A stretch of DNA of 16,050 nt from NCBI GenBank assembly GCA_039810425.1, contig JBDHWW010000060.1:1-16050 (forward strand), in the 5' to 3' direction. The translations under genes were made by a program, and so were the position numbers. Shown in pieces: positions 1 to 7,957 of the stretch (positions are counted from its first letter, which is position 1; every line of letters starts with the position of its first letter). The notes below the pieces were generated by a model. That model made no database searches and had not been told where the DNA came from. It worked only from the letters and a program-made list of their open reading frames with translations. This DNA is from Pseudobdellovibrionaceae bacterium (GTDB taxonomy: Bacteria > Bdellovibrionota > Bdellovibrionia > Bdellovibrionales > Bdellovibrionaceae).

Positions 1-20
1 TTCAAAACCGCTCCCAGCAC

Positions 21-890
21 CTACGAAGTCGTCAAATCGCGAAAGTCATAACGCCAGGCATGTGGATATGGAGGAATAGGTATTTTATGTTTTTGGGCGC
101 CAAAACGGAGCTGCCATTGGCTTGGCAAGCCCATCATGCGGCTGTTTGCTCCGCGATCAAACTGATAGAGACCTTTGGCCTCCAATGTGCGCCAGTGATA
201 AGAATCCGCTTTCACTGTCAGAGGAGGATCAGCTGATATTTTTCCGGGAGCATCCCGGAAATAGAAATCCAGACCGAATGTTTCTCCCCAATAGCCACCA
301 CGCAAAAAAATGCCTGGAGCTTGGACAGTTGCGAACTGTAAATCCGGTGAGCCTGTCGTACTTTGATTGTAACTTTGGTAAGTCCAACCGGCACCGGCCC
401 ACAGGCGGAAGCGCTTTGCCGCCGCCGGTGGTTTGTTGCGCGAGATTTTCGTGTTGTTAATCCTGACCTCATTGATATTGTTTTTAGCGATTTTAACGTC
501 GACGGAAATCATGAAAGTCTTTTGTGACTGTGCTGTGGCAATGACTTGAATCGGGATCTGTGCCAACCCCTGGGGTAACTCTAAGGCGATTTCAAAAAAG
601 CCCTCAAAGTTAGAGCGAGTTTCGCGGCTGTCTATTTTTGCGTTGCTGGCACCAGTCACTTTGCTCATGATCGTGACGCTCTCGCCATCGACGTGAATGC
701 GTGAATTCGCGGTGGTGCGTCCGCTGACGACAACGCGGGCACGATCAGGTGTGCGGCCCTTCTCTGTTTCTGGTGGATACCACTCGACTTCCGGAAGAAA
801 GTTAGCAGCGATCAGCTTTGCTTGAGCGAAGCTGATCGAGTGCGGGCAGAGAGTTAGGAGTATTGTAAATAAAGCTATGGGTGTTTTCAC
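21..890 (-). CDS. Secreted hypothetical protein: signal peptide, Ig-like N-terminal domain, Pro/Ala linker, probable outer-membrane beta-barrel-like C-terminal region (3' end may be disrupted)
   Basis: GTG start preceded by AAGAG. N-terminus MKTPIALFTILLTLCPHSISFAQA is signal-like. VVVSGRT...IHVDG...GFFEIALELPQG resembles a bacterial Ig fold. The linker KPPAAAK is followed by alternating aromatic/Gly strands (RLWAGAGWTYQSY, FGLDFYF, LEAKGLYQF, WQLRFGAQ). Confidence 0.75.
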   Translation of the reverse strand: MKTPIALFTILLTLCPHSISFAQAKLIAANFLPEVEWYPPETEKGRTPDRARVVVSGRTTANSRIHVDGESVTIMSKVTGASNAKIDSRETRSNFEGFFEIALELPQGLAQIPIQVIATAQSQKTFMISVDVKIAKNNINEVRINNTKISRNKPPAAAKRFRLWAGAGWTYQSYNQSTTGSPDLQFATVQAPGIFLRGGYWGETFGLDFYFRDAPGKISADPPLTVKADSYHWRTLEAKGLYQFDRGANSRMMGLPSQWQLRFGAQKHKIPIPPYPHAWRYDFRDLTTS

Positions 891-897
891 CTCTTAC

Positions 898-925
898 CCA
901 TCGGTGCGACTTTATTCGAACTGAA
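898..925 (-). promoter_or_regulatory. Putative sigma28 (FliA)-like promoter for the 21..890 gene
   Basis: The minus strand reads TTCAG-N15-ACCGATGG just upstream of the RBS. Compare the sigma28 consensus TAAAG-N14-GCCGATAA. Confidence 0.4.
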
Positions 926-1003
926 GAGCAGTGTGGCAGCTTCCTGGACTTTCGGCTTAAGCTTGCGAAGATAAAAGGTCTAGTTCTGGACGCACTTACC
1001 TAA

Positions 1004-1037
1004 ATATAGATCTATATAATTGTAGAGGTGCCGATAA
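1004..1037 (+). promoter_or_regulatory. Promoter region: 14-bp palindrome, TATAAT and an exact sigma28 -10 element
   Basis: ATATAGATCTATAT at 1004-1017 is a perfect palindrome. TATAAT is at 1015-1020 and GCCGATAA at 1030-1037, 33 bp before ATG 1071. Confidence 0.5.
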
Positions 1038-1070
1038 AAAAGGGCAAAGTTGTTTTGTGGAAAGGACCGT

Positions 1071-2903
1071 ATGGGGAGTAGTCCGTCACTCAATACGCGG
1101 AATCAAGAACCTGCAAAGTTGCCTCAGCGTCTAGCGCTGATCATGGCTATTATAGCATTCGCGCTTTTCGGTGGCGGCTACTATTTGAACCAACGCTTTC
1201 TTCTAGAAGAAGCAAACACATTCGTGACCCGGCATCCAGTGCCTGGACAAATAGTTTGGGTTTCAGGCCAAGAACTTTTCCGCTTCGAGTGGACTGGCTA
1301 CGCCGTTGAAGGCGATCTTTTAGAGGTTGCCCGTGATCCAGAGTTCCGCGACTTGGTTATGGAAACCCCCGCACCGCGTTCGCCGTTGCCGACGGATAAA
1401 TTGCCAGGCGAAGGGGACTACTACTATCGGATTGTCCGCAGGTCTGAAGATCAAGCCCTCGAGATTTTAAAACCAGTTCATTTTGCTCTGGTCGCAAAGA
1501 CGGCACCCGAAATAATTTATCCGTTTGGCAATATGAACACCAAAGAAGACAAAGCAATACGCTTTTATTGGCAGGCTAAACATGGCGTTACCAAGTATCG
1601 ATTCCAAATGGCTTTTGATAAGTCATTTGAACAAATAATGAGTGACTTTGTGGTCCATGAGACACAAACGACGCCTCAAAACATCCCTGTGGGCGATTTT
1701 TATTGGCGGGTGCGCGCTGAAAACGACGAAAAAACCTTTACTCAGTGGACAGAGCCGCGTCGTTTAACGGTGGAAAGAGCAGAAAACTTAGCGTCAAATG
1801 CGCTGCCTTCAAGTCCACCTTCAGCGGAGTTGGAAAAATCTGAGAAGCCAGAGTTGAAGGCTCTGCAAGTGCCATCTATTGGTAAACCCAATCAAAACCT
1901 GCTTCTGCGTTTTAAAAAGGGTGGTAAGAGGGGGCTGGCATCAGATAGCAACTCTTTGAGCAATCCGCCGTCTTTAGAGTGGGGCCAGGTTGAGGGTGCC
2001 CAAGCCTACGAAGTACAGGTTTCAAACAAAGCAGACTTTTCAAAGATAGAGTGGAGCCGTAAACTTGCTACAAACCAAGCGACTTGGGATGCCGCAAGAC
2101 CGGGGCGTGGTTATTGGCTTGTGCGCGCAATTGGCGTGGAATCGGTAAAGAGCGAGTATTCAGCGGCAGGGACTTTAGAGATGAGAGTGCCGGCTCCAAC
2201 TCTTAAAAAGAAGATGACTCATCAGGTGAAAACAAAAACGCGCGCAGAATATGCGGCGGCGACCTCAGTACCCGTCACTTGGGATCGAGTTCCGGGCGCG
2301 ATCGCCTACAAAGTTCTTGTTGCTGAAAATAAAAACTTTTCTCCGAGTAAAATCGATATGAAGGTGGACCGTAACTCGGCAAAGGTGCCTTTGGTTGAGG
2401 GTGGCCAATACTACGTGAAAGTCGCTGCCGTCTGAAGTGACGGAGAACAAGTCAGCGAGTTTTCTAAAGCCTCGACTCTGAAATTTAGCAAGCGAGCACC
2501 GGCCGCTGCGATGTCAACATCAAAGTCCTCGCAATCGGCTTCAGTGACAAGGAAGCCGAAGCCGACTCCGGAAGCGCGTGTTGTGGAAGCTCTGCCGGCC
2601 TCGAAGAACGATTTTCCGGCGCCTCAGCCAAAGCTGCCGCCAAACGGGGTGTCGTTGGTTTCACTTAACGGAACCCAGGATCCGGTCGTATTTAAGTGGG
2701 GCGTGATTGAAACAGCCGAAACCTATCGTCTTGAAATTGCCGGGGATGAGGGCTTTAAAGAGATCGTCTATACGACCAGCGTTCGTGAAAATCAGCTGGT
2801 GGTCACGACCCTTCTTCCGAAGGGAAGAAACTACTGGCGTGTCCGTGCGGAAAAGGGAACCAGTAAATCCGCCTGGTCCCCTGTGTTCACAATCGAAAAA
2901 TAA
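1071..2903 (+). pseudogene. Membrane-anchored protein with five FN3/Ig-like repeats, interrupted by one in-frame TGA at 2433-2435 (joins ORFs 1050..2435 and 2511..2903)
   Basis: Both ORFs are in the same frame, and the 75 bp between them read SDGEQVSEFSKASTLKFSKRAPAAA with no further stop. There is an N-terminal TM (LALIMAIIAFALFGGGYYL). The pattern W...Y-x-[LVF]-[EQ]...F...Y-[YW]-x-V-x-A recurs five times. It could be a nonsense allele, a sequencing error or readthrough. The start is uncertain (TTG 1050 or ATG 1071). Confidence 0.8.
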
Positions 2904-2940
2904 AATTAGTTAGCCTTTAAGAAGTGAAAACGCCTTTGCA

Positions 2941-4317
2941 TTAGTACAGTTCGTGGGACAGTGGCCTTCGCGGAGCCCGGAAGTAGGTGCGCGGAGAAAG
3001 CTCCAGCATATCCGAAATCTTCGTCATGTAGACACAGGCATAACGATCGAGCTGGTATGCGAAATAGCTCTCTTCATTGCCGGCCCTCATCAACTGGCCC
3101 CAATGATCGTTGTAGAGCGCCTGCTGCTTTTTGATGTGCTGGCTAATCTGCGCATCGATTTCCGAAATCGTTTTTTGCAAACCTTCGATCGCTGTTTCCT
3201 TCACATCCGCATGTTTTTCGATTTTCTTTGTCATCATCTCCGTGAGGTCATCTTCGAGGGGCTCTTTCTTGCGCATCAGGGCTTCGATTTCCTGATTCGT
3301 CGGTTCGGCCTCTTTGTTGTTGGCGATTTCTTCAGCCAACTCTTCGATCACCATCGCGGTTCTCCAGTTGCAGTCCTTTTTCAAACGAAGGATGTCACCA
3401 TAGATATGATCACCGATGTAAAGAATGTCATCACCGGCAAGACCGAGGTCTTCAGTGAATTTCTTCGCATTACCGCCTTGGTAGATGCCCGGACCGAATT
3501 TATTGTTCAGGTTCGTCATCGTACCGTCGGCCGGATTGACCACGAGGAATTTTTGATCTTCGTAGAAGAATTTTGGTTTTGAAGCCAAAGTCACTACTAC
3601 TTCAAAAAGATCATGCCAAGTCTTGCCGTCTTTCATGAACGGATTAATAGCATAATCCAAAAGTAGTTTTGAGTAATGGAAGTCGGAGTTCGTCAAAACG
3701 AAAATCTTCTTTCCATGCTTCAAAAACTTTTCAAGACCGCGCACCACGGACTCATCTTTGATGATGTAGTGGGCAAGATTCTTTTTAACTTCGTCTTTTA
3801 AGCTGCCGTCACGGTGAGCTTCATCCAAAGCATCTAAAACGTCATCGGCAATCTGAGCGTACTCAGGATAGGTGTTGGCCTTATCGTTATCTTTCAGATC
3901 CACAATCTGGGCGAACAAAACGGCGAGCGAAATAGAGAATGAGGTATCAATCGCCATGTAGTTAGGGTTTGATAAATCAATGTACGTGCTTTTGTAGAGC
4001 TTCTGATGAATTTTGAAATCCAGCGGCTTCATGCCATGATAGCTCGCCCGAATCGCGGTGTAGCGGTTCAATTTAAGCAAATTGCCTTTTTGGCGGTCAA
4101 TGACCAGGCCGCGAATCGCGAACTTGTAGTCGAAGAGAAGCTTGCGCAAAGCCTCAGGATAGCTCTTCCCGCGGATGAGCTTGTCGATCATAGTTGTGTG
4201 AGAAAGTCTTTCGAAGTTTTCACTGTTGTAGCGAACCAGCGTGTGGTCCATATCGAATCCGATGTAACGGATTCTTTTGAGGTTGAGCGTTCGGTTTACG
4301 TAGACTTTCCCAGTCAT
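2941..4317 (-). CDS. HAD-superfamily (subfamily IG) cytosolic IMP/GMP-type 5'-nucleotidase (cN-II-like)
   Basis: Motif I GFDMDHTL, motif II LTNS, motif III KPKFF, motif IV YIGDHIYGDI. Also has WRTAMVIEEL, a coiled-coil insertion and C-terminal WGQLMRAG...RYACVY...LSHE. Confidence 0.93.
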   Translation of the reverse strand: MTGKVYVNRTLNLKRIRYIGFDMDHTLVRYNSENFERLSHTTMIDKLIRGKSYPEALRKLLFDYKFAIRGLVIDRQKGNLLKLNRYTAIRASYHGMKPLDFKIHQKLYKSTYIDLSNPNYMAIDTSFSISLAVLFAQIVDLKDNDKANTYPEYAQIADDVLDALDEAHRDGSLKDEVKKNLAHYIIKDESVVRGLEKFLKHGKKIFVLTNSDFHYSKLLLDYAINPFMKDGKTWHDLFEVVVTLASKPKFFYEDQKFLVVNPADGTMTNLNNKFGPGIYQGGNAKKFTEDLGLAGDDILYIGDHIYGDILRLKKDCNWRTAMVIEELAEEIANNKEAEPTNQEIEALMRKKEPLEDDLTEMMTKKIEKHADVKETAIEGLQKTISEIDAQISQHIKKQQALYNDHWGQLMRAGNEESYFAYQLDRYACVYMTKISDMLELSPRTYFRAPRRPLSHELY

Positions 4318-4346
4318 AGAAGAAAAAATCCTTTTCTTGTGCGAAA

Positions 4347-4718
4347 TTATTTTTTGGTAGGCAGTTGCAACTCATTCCAGAGGAGCATACCACCTTGGAG
4401 ATTGAACACACTTTGGAAGCCATTCATCAAAGCAAAAGCGGTGGCGCGGGCAGAGCGACCCCCGCTGCGGCAGACAAACACGACCGTTTTGTCTTTTGGA
4501 ACTTTATCGAGTTTATCCGGCAAGGTGTCGAGGACCATCAGTTCTGAGTTGGCGATATGGCCGAGTTCACCCGTGTATTCATCAAGCTGGCGGACATCAA
4601 TTAGTGTTACTTCATTTACTTTATCTTTCAGCTCCTGGGGGCCGATATCAAACACACCTTCATAATGTGGGTTTTTAGTTTTCGAAGTGAATTGAATGTA
4701 TTTCGTTCCAGGATTCAT
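4347..4718 (-). CDS. Rhodanese-like domain protein (sulfurtransferase)
   Basis: LIDVRQLDEY...GHI, active-site loop CRSGGRS, and NLQGGMLLW. ATG 4718 has GAGG 5 nt upstream, so it is preferred over 4784, which overlaps the divergent promoter. The stop lies 29 bp from the nucleotidase start, so the two are likely co-transcribed. Confidence 0.9.
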   Translation of the reverse strand: MNPGTKYIQFTSKTKNPHYEGVFDIGPQELKDKVNEVTLIDVRQLDEYTGELGHIANSELMVLDTLPDKLDKVPKDKTVVFVCRSGGRSARATAFALMNGFQSVFNLQGGMLLWNELQLPTKK

Positions 4719-4741
4719 TACGGCCTCTAGCTCCCGCGTTA

Positions 4742-4784
4742 TAGTCAAGAGAGCCATCTTATCGTAGTATGACAGGCCTAGCAA
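4742..4784. promoter_or_regulatory. Overlapping divergent sigma70-like promoters (rhodanese/nucleotidase versus helicase)
   Basis: Plus strand: TAGTCA(4742-4747)-N17-TAGTAT(4765-4770). Minus strand: TTGCTA(4784-4779)-N17-TAAGAT(4761-4756). Confidence 0.4.
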
Positions 4785-4792
4785 GGAAAGTC

Positions 4793-6019
4793 ATGGATAT
4801 CGCCCTCTCATCAGAACAAGAACACGCTCTAGAAATTCTCCGCTCCGGGGAGAACGTTTTCCTTACTGGCGGCGCCGGAAGCGGTAAAAGCTATTTGATT
4901 CGCCATTTTATGGACGAGCTCGATCTAAAACAGACCCCTGTTTTAGCCTCCACAGGCGCTGCTGCAGTGCTTTTAGGGGGACGAACCTTTCACAGTTTTT
5001 TTGGCCTAGGCATCATGGAGGGCGGTACCGACGCCACTTATGAGCGCTGTTGCAAAGACCATCGTCTTTTAAATCGACTTAAAAAAGTTGAGGGTGTAGT
5101 CATCGACGAAATTTCGATGATTCCAGGCGCTGCGTTGATGATTGCCGAAGCACTGGCGCAAAAAGCGCGAGATTCAAAACTGCCTTGGGGCGGAATGCGG
5201 GTCATTAGTGTCGGCGATTTCGCGCAGCTTCCGCCGGTGACCCGCGCGGGGCCACGCGACTGGGCCTTTTTGAATGAAGTCTGGCAGCGCAGTGGTTTTC
5301 AAATTTGCCAGCTTTCGCACAACCAACGTGTGCAAGATAATCATTTTCTGGACGTGCTTGCCGACGTTCGTTATGGCAAAGTGACCCAAAGGGTTTTTGA
5401 TTTTTTATCTGAGCATGTCCAACCCCATGATGAAGAAGCGTCAGGCACGCGTCTTTTTGGTCGTCGCGATATGTCCGAGAACTTTAATAAGAAAAAACTT
5501 TCTGAGATTAACGAAGTCGAAGTCACGATTGATGCGATTTATATTGGTTCAGAAAAGCACATCGGGACCCTCATCAAGGTGGCGCCGGTTCCGCAAAAGC
5601 TTACTTTAAAAATCGGCTGCAAAGTTATTTTCTTACAAAACGATCCGCAAAAACGTTGGATCAATGGTACGCGGGGGACCGTGACAAAAATCGAAGTCGA
5701 TAAAATCACCGTCAAAAAAGAACCGGGACGCGAAGTCAGCGTTGATAAGTCTTCCTTCAGCCTGTTGGACGCTGAAGGGAATGTGACAGCGACCGCGATT
5801 CAATTCCCCTTAGCGCTGGCTTATGCGACAACGATTCATAAAAGTCAGGGGGCGACACTGGATGAGCTATGGTGTGACCTTCGGTCTTTATGGGAGCCAG
5901 GCCAAGCTTATGTAGCTTTGAGCCGCCTAAAAACCTCAGAGGGCTTGAAGCTGGTAGGTTGGAATCCACGATCAATCATCGTAGACCCCAAGGTTTTAGA
6001 GTTCTATCAGGGGATTTAA
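4793..6019 (+). CDS. Pif1-family (SF1B) 5'-3' DNA helicase
   Basis: Walker A GGAGSGKS, ASTGAAA..LGGRTFHSFFG, Walker B IDEISM, PWGGMRVISVGDFAQLPPV, QFPLALAYATTIHKSQGATL and GQAYVALSR. ATG 4793 follows AAGGAAAG (alternative start 4769). Confidence 0.93.
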   Translation: MDIALSSEQEHALEILRSGENVFLTGGAGSGKSYLIRHFMDELDLKQTPVLASTGAAAVLLGGRTFHSFFGLGIMEGGTDATYERCCKDHRLLNRLKKVEGVVIDEISMIPGAALMIAEALAQKARDSKLPWGGMRVISVGDFAQLPPVTRAGPRDWAFLNEVWQRSGFQICQLSHNQRVQDNHFLDVLADVRYGKVTQRVFDFLSEHVQPHDEEASGTRLFGRRDMSENFNKKKLSEINEVEVTIDAIYIGSEKHIGTLIKVAPVPQKLTLKIGCKVIFLQNDPQKRWINGTRGTVTKIEVDKITVKKEPGREVSVDKSSFSLLDAEGNVTATAIQFPLALAYATTIHKSQGATLDELWCDLRSLWEPGQAYVALSRLKTSEGLKLVGWNPRSIIVDPKVLEFYQGI

Positions 6020-6039
6020 GGATTTTTAGCGTTCGGAGG

Positions 6040-6122
6040 GCAAAAATTCCGTAGGAGGTTTTGCGGCTGATCGGGGTCTCCCCCGCCAGAAAAAGTCTCC
6101 TGCCTCAGTCTGGATTTTTCTG
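6040..6122. other. Cluster of three inverted repeats (structured intergenic region, REP-like or terminator-like)
   Basis: GCAAAAATTCC-GTA-GGAGGTTTTGC (6040-6064); CGGGG-TCTC-CCCCG (6072-6085); CAGAAAAA (6087-6094) pairing with TTTTTCTG (6115-6122). Confidence 0.4.
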
Positions 6123-6151
6123 AATATTAAAATAAAAAACGGAAAGAAGAC

Positions 6152-6181
6152 TTCACGTTCGTGTACTTATTTGCCTATAAT
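6152..6181 (+). promoter_or_regulatory. sigma70-like promoter for the M23 peptidase
   Basis: TTCACG(6152-6157)-N18-TATAAT(6176-6181), with an A-rich tract upstream. Confidence 0.55.
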
Positions 6182-6187
6182 GAACCG

Positions 6188-7489
6188 GTGACTACAAAGA
6201 ATGTTTATTTGATGACCGCGATCGTGGTGTGTGGGCTTTGTTTGGGTTGGGGAGGATCTTTTCTTTTCCAATTTAATGACGATGCAATTAAAAACCCTGT
6301 GGCTGCGGCTCCGCCGCCGCCAAATATTTTACCTTCTCTCGAAGAGCTTTATCCTTACGAGATTCCGCCGAAGTCCACCTTGGGGAGCATCCTGGGTGAA
6401 ATGGATATTAGTTCTCAAGTGATTCATCAAATCGTTCAAGCGGCAAAACCTGTCAGTGATCTCGGTCGCATTAAGCCGGGCACACGCTTTCAGTTGTTCT
6501 ATAAAAACCCAAAAGATGAAACTTCCGAAGTGACGGGAATCAAGTTCCATTTCTCGCCGACGGAAATGTTGGAAGTGCATAAATTGAACGAGCAATGGAC
6601 TGCACGGCGGATCACTGAAAAAGTTGAAATCAAAGTCGTCACGTTCGCGGGTGTGGTGAAAAGTTCTTTATGGGGCTCTGCGAGCGAAGCAAAGATGGAT
6701 CCAAACTTGATTGCGGACCTTGCCGAGGTGTTTGCCTGGCAGATGGACTTTTCGCGCGAAGTCCAAGCCGATGATCGTTGGAGACTTTCAGTTGAGCAGA
6801 AGTTCGTCAAAGGCCAACCTGTGGGCTGGGGCTCTATCCTGGCAGCTGAATACGAAAATGAAAATCAAAAACTCGTAGGTATTCTTTATCACACCAGCGA
6901 TACGGAGTCTGGATACTATTCTCCAGATGGTCAGAGCCTGCGGCGCATGTTCTTAAAGAGCCCGATCCGTTACGGTCGCATCTCATCCAGATTCAGCACG
7001 AAACGCTTTCATCCGATTTTGCAATACAATCGCCCGCACCTGGGTGTTGATTTCGCCGCACCTGTCGGAACTCCAGTCCGGGCCGTGGGGGATGGAGTGA
7101 TTGCCGAAGCCGCCGTTCGCGGTGGCGCAGGAAAAATGATCCGTATCCGCCATAATTCAGAATACGCAACCGCCTACAAGCACCTCAGCGGTTTTGCGAA
7201 AGGCATTCACAGTGGCACTCGTGTTCAGCAAGGTCAGATCATTGGATATTCCGGCAACACGGGCCTTTCAACGGGGCCGCATTTGCACTTTGAATTTTTC
7301 CAAGGGGGCCGTTACATTGATCCGCTGGGCAAGAAGTTTCCATCTGCGGAACCAATTTCGCAAGATCACCTCGCGCAGTTTAAGACGGAAGTGACAACCA
7401 TGATGGCGTCACTCCCAAATTGGGACGGCGATAAGTTTGGCCGTAGCGGCGGTCTTCCGCCGCTGCAAACCCAGCCGTCAGGAATGTAA
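6188..7489 (+). CDS. M23 family zinc metalloendopeptidase (MepM/Csd3-like peptidoglycan endopeptidase) with N-terminal membrane anchor
   Basis: Zn ligands HLGVD (HxxxD) and TGPHLHFE (HxH). RISSRF..RFHPIL, YKHLS and FAWQMDFSR match the Csd3/MepM-type middle domain. The N-terminus is hydrophobic. The start is uncertain (6161, 6188 or 6212). Confidence 0.93.
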   Translation: MTTKNVYLMTAIVVCGLCLGWGGSFLFQFNDDAIKNPVAAAPPPPNILPSLEELYPYEIPPKSTLGSILGEMDISSQVIHQIVQAAKPVSDLGRIKPGTRFQLFYKNPKDETSEVTGIKFHFSPTEMLEVHKLNEQWTARRITEKVEIKVVTFAGVVKSSLWGSASEAKMDPNLIADLAEVFAWQMDFSREVQADDRWRLSVEQKFVKGQPVGWGSILAAEYENENQKLVGILYHTSDTESGYYSPDGQSLRRMFLKSPIRYGRISSRFSTKRFHPILQYNRPHLGVDFAAPVGTPVRAVGDGVIAEAAVRGGAGKMIRIRHNSEYATAYKHLSGFAKGIHSGTRVQQGQIIGYSGNTGLSTGPHLHFEFFQGGRYIDPLGKKFPSAEPISQDHLAQFKTEVTTMMASLPNWDGDKFGRSGGLPPLQTQPSGM

Positions 7490-7492
7490 GTC

Positions 7493-7855
7493 TTATTCGA
7501 GAGTTTGTGGTTCAACGGACTGTTGTTCCACAGGCTGTTGGTTATGCCAGTCACGATGGTGGCTTCTCACGCAACGATAGCGGACAACCACGAACCGGCC
7601 GATACGAATACGATCGGCTTCCAAGCGATAGCCGCGTGGACAGTTGCGACGAGAGCGCCTCATCATATCCACTTCGCCCTGGGTAGAGTTCTCAGTAATC
7701 ACCTTCGCGTCGACATCTTGTAAGTCTTTCGAAGTGATTCCGAGATCCGTTAATACCTTTGGCAGCGGAGCTTCTTCCGCATTCATTTCCGCGGCCAACA
7801 CTGGCGTAGAGCCAACGATCAATGATGCTAAAACTAGGGTTACAAATTTTCTCAT
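7493..7855 (-). CDS. Small secreted hypothetical protein (signal peptide, acidic region, Arg-rich two-Cys segment)
   Basis: Strong RBS AGGAGG before the ATG. Sec signal MRKFVTLVLASLIVGSTPVLA. The gene fills the gap between the M23 peptidase and ribD without overlap. Confidence 0.8.
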   Translation of the reverse strand: MRKFVTLVLASLIVGSTPVLAAEMNAEEAPLPKVLTDLGITSKDLQDVDAKVITENSTQGEVDMMRRSRRNCPRGYRLEADRIRIGRFVVVRYRCVRSHHRDWHNQQPVEQQSVEPQTLE

Positions 7856-7921
7856 GGATTCCTCCTGTTAGGGTCCAGGGGAGATTATGAGAACAGGCCG
7901 TGAACGCCTTATGATAAAGCC

Positions 7922-7950
7922 TTGAAAAGGCCGCGAAGTGCGAGTAGTTT
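7922..7950 (+). promoter_or_regulatory. sigma70-like promoter for ribD
   Basis: TTGAAA(7922-7927)-N17-TAGTTT(7945-7950), followed by 7 nt and then ATG 7958. Confidence 0.5.
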
Positions 7951-7957
7951 TGCGGCC

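Noticed and set aside
2433..2470. Selenocysteine or genetic-code reassignment of TGA
   Set aside because: There is no convincing SECIS, the aligned residue is Gly in a non-redox domain, and TGA terminates ribD normally.
2953..3582. 209-aa plus-strand ORF
   Set aside because: It is an antisense shadow of the well-supported nucleotidase and has no recognisable motifs.
4006..4665. 219-aa plus-strand ORF
   Set aside because: It is antisense to the nucleotidase and rhodanese genes and has no motifs.
4793..6019. Pif1 helicase as a ZorD-like effector of the motor
   Set aside because: ZorD is an SF2 (Snf2-type) helicase-nuclease. This one is SF1B, lacks a nuclease domain and is separated from the operon by unrelated genes.
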